Shown here in pieces: positions 43,516 to 48,843 of a stretch of DNA of 48,843 nucleotides. Origin of the DNA: Nemertoderma westbladi (taxonomy: Eukaryota; Animalia; Xenacoelomorpha). Below the pieces are notes generated by a model that did no database searches, had not been told where the DNA came from, and saw only the letters and a program-made list of their open reading frames with translations. Positions within the stretch are counted from its first letter, which is position 1. Each line of letters starts with the position of its first letter. The stretch spans positions 1-48,843 of the forward strand of contig JAUCBJ010006878.1 of the NCBI GenBank assembly GCA_032718475.1, read 5' to 3'. The translations under genes and the position numbers were made by a program.

Positions 43516-46500
43516 TGTAGCCCTACCTACGTAATTTTGTATTAGGTTATATGTAGATAGTTCCAGGGTAAGTTTATTCGGACCCTGGATTCAGTGCTTG
43601 CTGATATTAGCTTTAGTAGGGCTAGCATATAGGGACGCTGTCCTGGCCATTCAGCAGCCAGAGACGTGAACCATTACCATATATGGTAATAATTCGAGGA
43701 AGGGAAGCAAATAGGGCTACAATCCGGCCTCCTTATTGGACTAGCTGCTTCCAGGTTGGTCTAGTGCTAGCACGGACTGGAGAGCCAATAGGAAGCGATT
43801 GAGTCACCCTATTGCATCACCCCATCCGGATCACCTATAAATTGGCGGTGTGCCGGTAAAGCCTCATCATTCTACTCATCACATGACACCTAGCCCTAGC
43901 ACCTGTCTTGCTGTTTTTTCTTGATATTTTCTGCAATTTGCTAATTTGATTAATTTTCGTGAAATGATTTGCTAGTGCGATTACTTGCTTGTGTTTCTCA
44001 ATAATTCCTTTGATTGCTGCTAATTACAATTGAACTATGATTTCTACCTTTGATTAATGGTTCTATGTGATTCTTTCTGCGCAATAATCCTAAGGGATTC
44101 TGAGACTGTCAGACTTTGTGATTTGCATGCGCCGCTACGGTAGCTATTAGCATCATGGAGAGCTAAGGTGCCAGTGGGCGGTGGGCGCATCGGGGGGTTG
44201 AGCGACTAGGAGAGAGCGGAGGATTCAAAGCGAGCAACGCTGGCCAGGGTCACCGTTGCGGGCGGGTAACTTGCACTGCGGCACGCAGACCGATCGCCGG
44301 TACAGCAAATTAGGGGGCTGATGATCCAGATTTTGTCTCTATTTAGTATTAGGGGGGCAGGAATTGGGTTAGTTAGGAGTCCTAGATGTACCTGGGAGAG
44401 GCCTGCGCGTATTACAACGTTGAGTGTGGAGTACGAGTAGTGAATTGCACAATTGTAAACTGTGATTTCTAACGCTGATTGGTGTGTTATTGAAGTGTGC
44501 CTAAGATTACGAATGCTTAGATAGGCGCTCTTTTCCTTTGATTGATTTCTATTTCTTAGTTACAATAATTAGTTATTGATTAGGTCAAAGTAATACGGCA
44601 AATTAGGCTATTACTATCGAAACCTGTTGCGTGATAAATTAGAATTACGTATTCTGGAACTCTTAGTAATTAGTACGCTGTTAAATATTTGTGACTGTAA
44701 TTAATTAGTAAAAAATTAAGAATTAGTACGCAGCATAGCGGAGAGTAGCTAAGGTAATAATTAGTGTACTGTAAACTATTCACGCTGAGCGGTTATTTGC
44801 ATTAGCGGGCAATCAGCTAGAACGCACTATTCGGTACGCACGATACGCTAGTAATTTTGCTGGCCTAAAGCCAGTCGCGGGCAGTTTTAGACCCGGGGTG
44901 GTATTATCCACGTAGAAACAGATACTGTACCGTTTTGATATTTTAAATATTCTCGCATTCACACATTACGTTAGGGAACCTCCAGTATTCGCGATTAGAA
45001 AGACGTAGGTAATAGCGTGCTTTAATAAGTGATAGAATTAGGCGTAAGAATACTCTGAGTGCAAGGCCTCTCGCACTCGTCTTAAGTAAGCTTAGGGAGC
45101 CGACTCGGGTTTATTGTTTTGGTTATTCCCGCGTGGCTCATAGATTCGAACAGTTAGCTCTCTATCGAGCGATCGGTAGAGAAAGGAACAAGCGATTTTG
45201 CAGGAGTTGTGTAAAATTAGTAAAATATATTAGTGGACGGCAGATTAGCGCCATCTAACGGTAAGTAGCGGTTTTGTATTTAGCAACCCTTACAATTTAG
45301 TAATAGCACGCTCCTGATCCCCTTTACTTAACAGTAGAGCAGTCTTCGTGTCTTATTGGTTAGGCGGGAACTTATTAGGTTGGCAGAGAAGTATACCAGT
45401 ATTTGTCTGTTCAACAGTTCTGCTGTTAGTATAGAGGTCGCGGTTGTTTATCAGTAATACGCGCATTATTGGCTGTTGCTTGCGGCAGTCAATAGTGTAT
45501 TCTTAGGCTGATAGTAGTATCACAGTATTAAGTAATAAGTTGGAGCACGTGATCGTCTGCTGTAGGCTATAGGCTAGCGTACAGTAAGACATTGAGTTTA
45601 TTCTATTAGGTTGTTAGTTTAGATTACTGTATTCACTGGTTGCGTACGATAGTACAGTAGTACATTAGGCTGATTGCTGTTACTGCGTACGGTAGAAGGG
45701 ACATTTGTTTTGCCGTACCATACACAGTATCATTAGGCTGTTAGGTTGGTGTACTGTTTTACTTACTGTACTGCATACAGTGGATGTACGGTAGTGCGTT
45801 TTTACTAATTGCGAATACAGCAGTTCCTTAGGCCTTAGGGCAAACAGTAATTAGTAAGTTTTTTGAAATTATTAGCTAGGTTTGCGAGAATTCAGTTTTC
45901 GGTCAAAATTATTTTGTAAAATTCTAGAGTTTTGTACCGGTATGTTAGGTAACCGCTTAGTTATTTTATACCATCTGGAGATACATGGCAAGACGGAACT
46001 TCTGAGTTTGGGGTTCGTGTGGGTCTGCGGGTTCGGTTTGCAATCAGCGAAGGGACTGAATCTTTGGACGCGGACGTGGAATCTCACAGCAAACAAGGTT
46101 AGTTGTTCTGTTGGCACCAGTGTGTTTGTGGAAGCAGTAAAAAATTATCGGTTGTTTAACTGCGAAGCTGAACTCAATTTATTAGTTAGGATATTTAGGT
46201 TTAGCCGGCCATGGTTTTGAATCGCTCAAGTTAGAGAGAGAGTTAGAGAGAGTCGCAACCCGAAGATGTAGCCACGCGCTAGTGGATACATAATAATATT
46301 TGAAATTAAAATTACGTTGATTAGAGCTATATATATATAAAATTAGAAATATTCGGGCGGCAAGTATATTTTGAATATTTTGTATTAGATTCAAAGTTAT
46401 TTTGTGCTATACCGGTATTTAATGCTATATAATAGCTATATAATAATATTTTTGTTTAAATATTGTGCTAGTATTTGCTATAACTATATACCCCATTAAA

Positions 46501-48843
46501 TTCACAATATTGCATTGCGAATTTATTCTGACATTTGGACCAACTGATTATTTGACAAATAATTTGACCGTATTTCGGTTAAATTATAATTATATCTCGA
46601 ACTTTTGCGAGATATTTTTGCCGGAAGGCAAAACATTATTAGACTATGAGTGTCTCAGACAAAGAGGCACTAGAGGACAGCTACGAGACGGCGGCTGGAC
46701 CGCCGACTGACGATAGCGTAAATATTACTGTTGACGACAATGCCGACTATGACGACGCAGCGAGCGACGCTGACGTAAGTGAACAGGAGGACGAGACAGT
46801 GACTAGTGAGGAAGAACAACAACCTCAGGTAATAGTATTAGGATCCCCTACCGCTACTGTAAGGAAGGACTGTACGGCAGCCCGGACAGAGGTGAGTGAT
46901 AGGGAGGGTAGTGTAGCAGAAGCGAGAGCCCGGAGCCCGGTTTCCAGACCTGTGGGTATGGTAAGTGCCGTGGTCCCGACGGCTGTAAGGAGTACCCGTA
47001 GTTCCCGAAATAATCCTTCAAGTCCACCGAGCGTAAGTCAGGTAAGTGATAGAGAACTTGACATTGCGATAAAGAAGAAATTTCGCGCGCACGCCGGACA
47101 TATAACCCGGACGGCGGACAAGGTAAGGAAGATGTTAGCTGACTCAGCGAACATCGGGAGGGTAGAGTTAGTAGAGGTTAGAAGAGGATATAACTCAGCG
47201 TTATTCAAGCAGACGGAGGAGCTTGCAGTCCTAGCGAAGAAGGCAGTAGAGTCTCAGTCGAGCGACGTAGCAACGAGGATTTACGACAGGGTTTTAGCAG
47301 CCTTGTTAGAGCACCGCGAGTTATCGGAGCGATTCCGACGAGTTAGGACGGAGAACTGGCTGCTATGGACATCACAAGCGCAGGCGACTCAAGTGAGTGA
47401 CGCAGAGCTGAGAGAGTTAGTGGAGCGAGAAGAGATCCAAGACAAGGAGGAGCGCAGGTATCAAAGGGAAGTTACTAGCTGGCTGATGCAGAATGGAGTG
47501 GTGGTACCAGGTCAGGTGCTACCGACGACGGAGAACATCCAACAGAGGACGTTGACTCCACCCGATGATGCATCTAGAGACAGCGGCGATTCCCAGGTTA
47601 GTCACGCGCGAGGTAAGGTAATATGTGCTAGATCCCTTGTTTCGCACAACTCGGCGGAGGAGAGAAGACGCCGACTGGACGAACAGCAGGCGGAAGTTTT
47701 GCGTGCATCGGAAGCACGGAAGGAAGCCGAGCGGGAACGGGAGCGAACACGTAAGTTAGACGCAAAGTTGCGAGAGTTGGAAGAGAAAGGTAAGCGCGAG
47801 CAAGCGGAACGCGAACGCAAGGAACGCGAACTCCAGCTCGAACGCGAACAGAAGGAACGCGAACTCCAGCTCGAACGCGAACAGAAGGAACGCGAACTCC
47901 AGCTCGAACGCGAGCGCAAGGAGCGCGAACTTGAGCGCGAGAGGGAGCGACGGGCGTTGTATGAAGAGAAGGCGCGTGTGGAAGAAGAGGGCGCAGCGAG
48001 ACGAGCAAGGGAGGAAGAAGAACGTAAACTGGCGCAGTTGGAAAGTGCGAGATTAAGTTTAGAGAGCGAAGAACGGACTAGGAAGGCGAACGAAATCGCC
48101 GAGAAGGGGATGCGAATGATCGAAGAATGTGGGGCGAGTGTAGGGACAGAGTTACGAGAACTGTTCGCACTGCAGAAGGCCGAACAGGAAGCGAGAACTC
48201 CGACTATACGCGAGTCGACGACGACCAGAATTCCTATACCCGGTCCAGCTATTACGAGTACACGGATCGCTAAACCGTTCTCTACATATCGCACGCCAGT
48301 TGGTATTAGTGCTTCACCCATCGCGCAGAATCCACGTCATCAGAACATCGCACCACTACACACCGAACACGACGATGAAGAGTTTAGAGAAACTCCGACG
48401 GGACGAGTACTTGGCGAACCGAACCCGCGGGTTTGGAATACGCGGACGGAGCGCCGACCCAGTTCGACGGAGAACTTCCGGGTTAAACCGGAAGAGGGAT
48501 CATATGAGAGACAGCGGATTACTCAGATAGAGCCGACTATACAACAGAACCCTAGCCAGGAATTTATTACGAGGGATGAGTTAAGTGCTAGTTTAGCGCA
48601 AGCTATATCGCCGCACATCCAACCTATAACGGACATGCTTAGCAACCTACGGTTAAAGGAAGCAGCCCAGGTAAGAAGTAATTCTAATCCTAGCAGGCCT
48701 GAGTTAGATAAAGTCCAGCCTAGTCAACGAGTACGCATATCGGAGGAGACTATACCACATAGACCTCAGGTAAGGACGCCTGTCCCGAATATCCATAACC
48801 CCAATTTCGAAAACTCAGCCGAGAAATTTATTGAGGAGGCTTG
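43516..48843 (+). mobile_element. LTR element C (BEL/Pao-like), 5' part; putative LTR ~43516-44307 and a long leader
   Basis: TGTA start, CCAAT ~43785, TATAAA ~43836, degenerate tRNA-Pro-like PBS at ~44310-44332, gag-like ORF; no second LTR in the window, so boundaries are uncertain. Confidence 0.55.
46646..48843 (+). CDS. Gag-like polyprotein N-terminus (>732 aa, 3'-partial, missing from the ORF track)
   Basis: ATG 46646 MSVSDKEALED..., read as open to the window end; RAHAGHITR BEL-gag-like motif; (KERELQLERE)n coiled coil. Confidence 0.8.
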   Translation, partial: MSVSDKEALEDSYETAAGPPTDDSVNITVDDNADYDDAASDADVSEQEDETVTSEEEQQPQVIVLGSPTATVRKDCTAARTEVSDREGSVAEARARSPVSRPVGMVSAVVPTAVRSTRSSRNNPSSPPSVSQVSDRELDIAIKKKFRAHAGHITRTADKVRKMLADSANIGRVELVEVRRGYNSALFKQTEELAVLAKKAVESQSSDVATRIYDRVLAALLEHRELSERFRRVRTENWLLWTSQAQATQVSDAELRELVEREEIQDKEERRYQREVTSWLMQNGVVVPGQVLPTTENIQQRTLTPPDDASRDSGDSQVSHARGKVICARSLVSHNSAEERRRRLDEQQAEVLRASEARKEAERERERTRKLDAKLRELEEKGKREQAERERKERELQLEREQKERELQLEREQKERELQLERERKERELERERERRALYEEKARVEEEGAARRAREEEERKLAQLESARLSLESEERTRKANEIAEKGMRMIEECGASVGTELRELFALQKAEQEARTPTIRESTTTRIPIPGPAITSTRIAKPFSTYRTPVGISASPIAQNPRHQNIAPLHTEHDDEEFRETPTGRVLGEPNPRVWNTRTERRPSSTENFRVKPEEGSYERQRITQIEPTIQQNPSQEFITRDELSASLAQAISPHIQPITDMLSNLRLKEAAQVRSNSNPSRPELDKVQPSQRVRISEETIPHRPQVRTPVPNIHNPNFENSAEKFIEEA

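Noticed and set aside
43516-43721. 10-bp inverted repeat TGTAGCCCTA/TAGGGCTACA as a MITE or solo LTR
   Set aside because: No TSD; more likely internal to the LTR of element C
44318-44345. CTGATGA hammerhead core
   Set aside because: No stem II followed by GAAA
47602-48321. 239-aa minus-strand ORF
   Set aside because: Antisense shadow of the Glu/Arg coiled coil

Overview
Animal (invertebrate-like) genomic DNA made almost entirely of transposable elements; I see no host gene. A Penelope-like element (RT + GIY-YIG, hammerhead-like motif) occupies 1-2991. It is followed by a four-level retrotransposon nest: non-autonomous BEL/Pao-like LTR element A (+, 2992-37013, 549-bp LTRs, TSD ATATA) contains an RTEX-like LINE (-, ~6778-33920), which contains BEL/Pao element B (-, 11039-28261, 1228-bp LTRs, TSD ATCTT), which contains a CR1/L2-group LINE (-, ~12645-19118). 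To the right are degenerate repeats, a 247-bp palindrome, a decayed RTE LINE with a Nin/Deu-type tRNA SINE, a TIR-flanked 52-bp tandem array, and the 5' part of a third BEL-like element whose gag ORF runs off the window. Main observations: (1) both complete BEL/Pao elements lack a tRNA-type PBS; the 9-11 nt after the 5' LTR are instead exactly complementary to a site in their own LTR, as in Tf1-type self-priming; (2) the RTEX-like ORF1 reconstructs to ~2093 aa with a Ulp1/C48 protease domain; (3) element A has a 3' array of repeated hairpins in C-poor linkers; (4) the CR1 ORF2 has a ~350-aa hydrophobic leader ending in a 2A-like motif.
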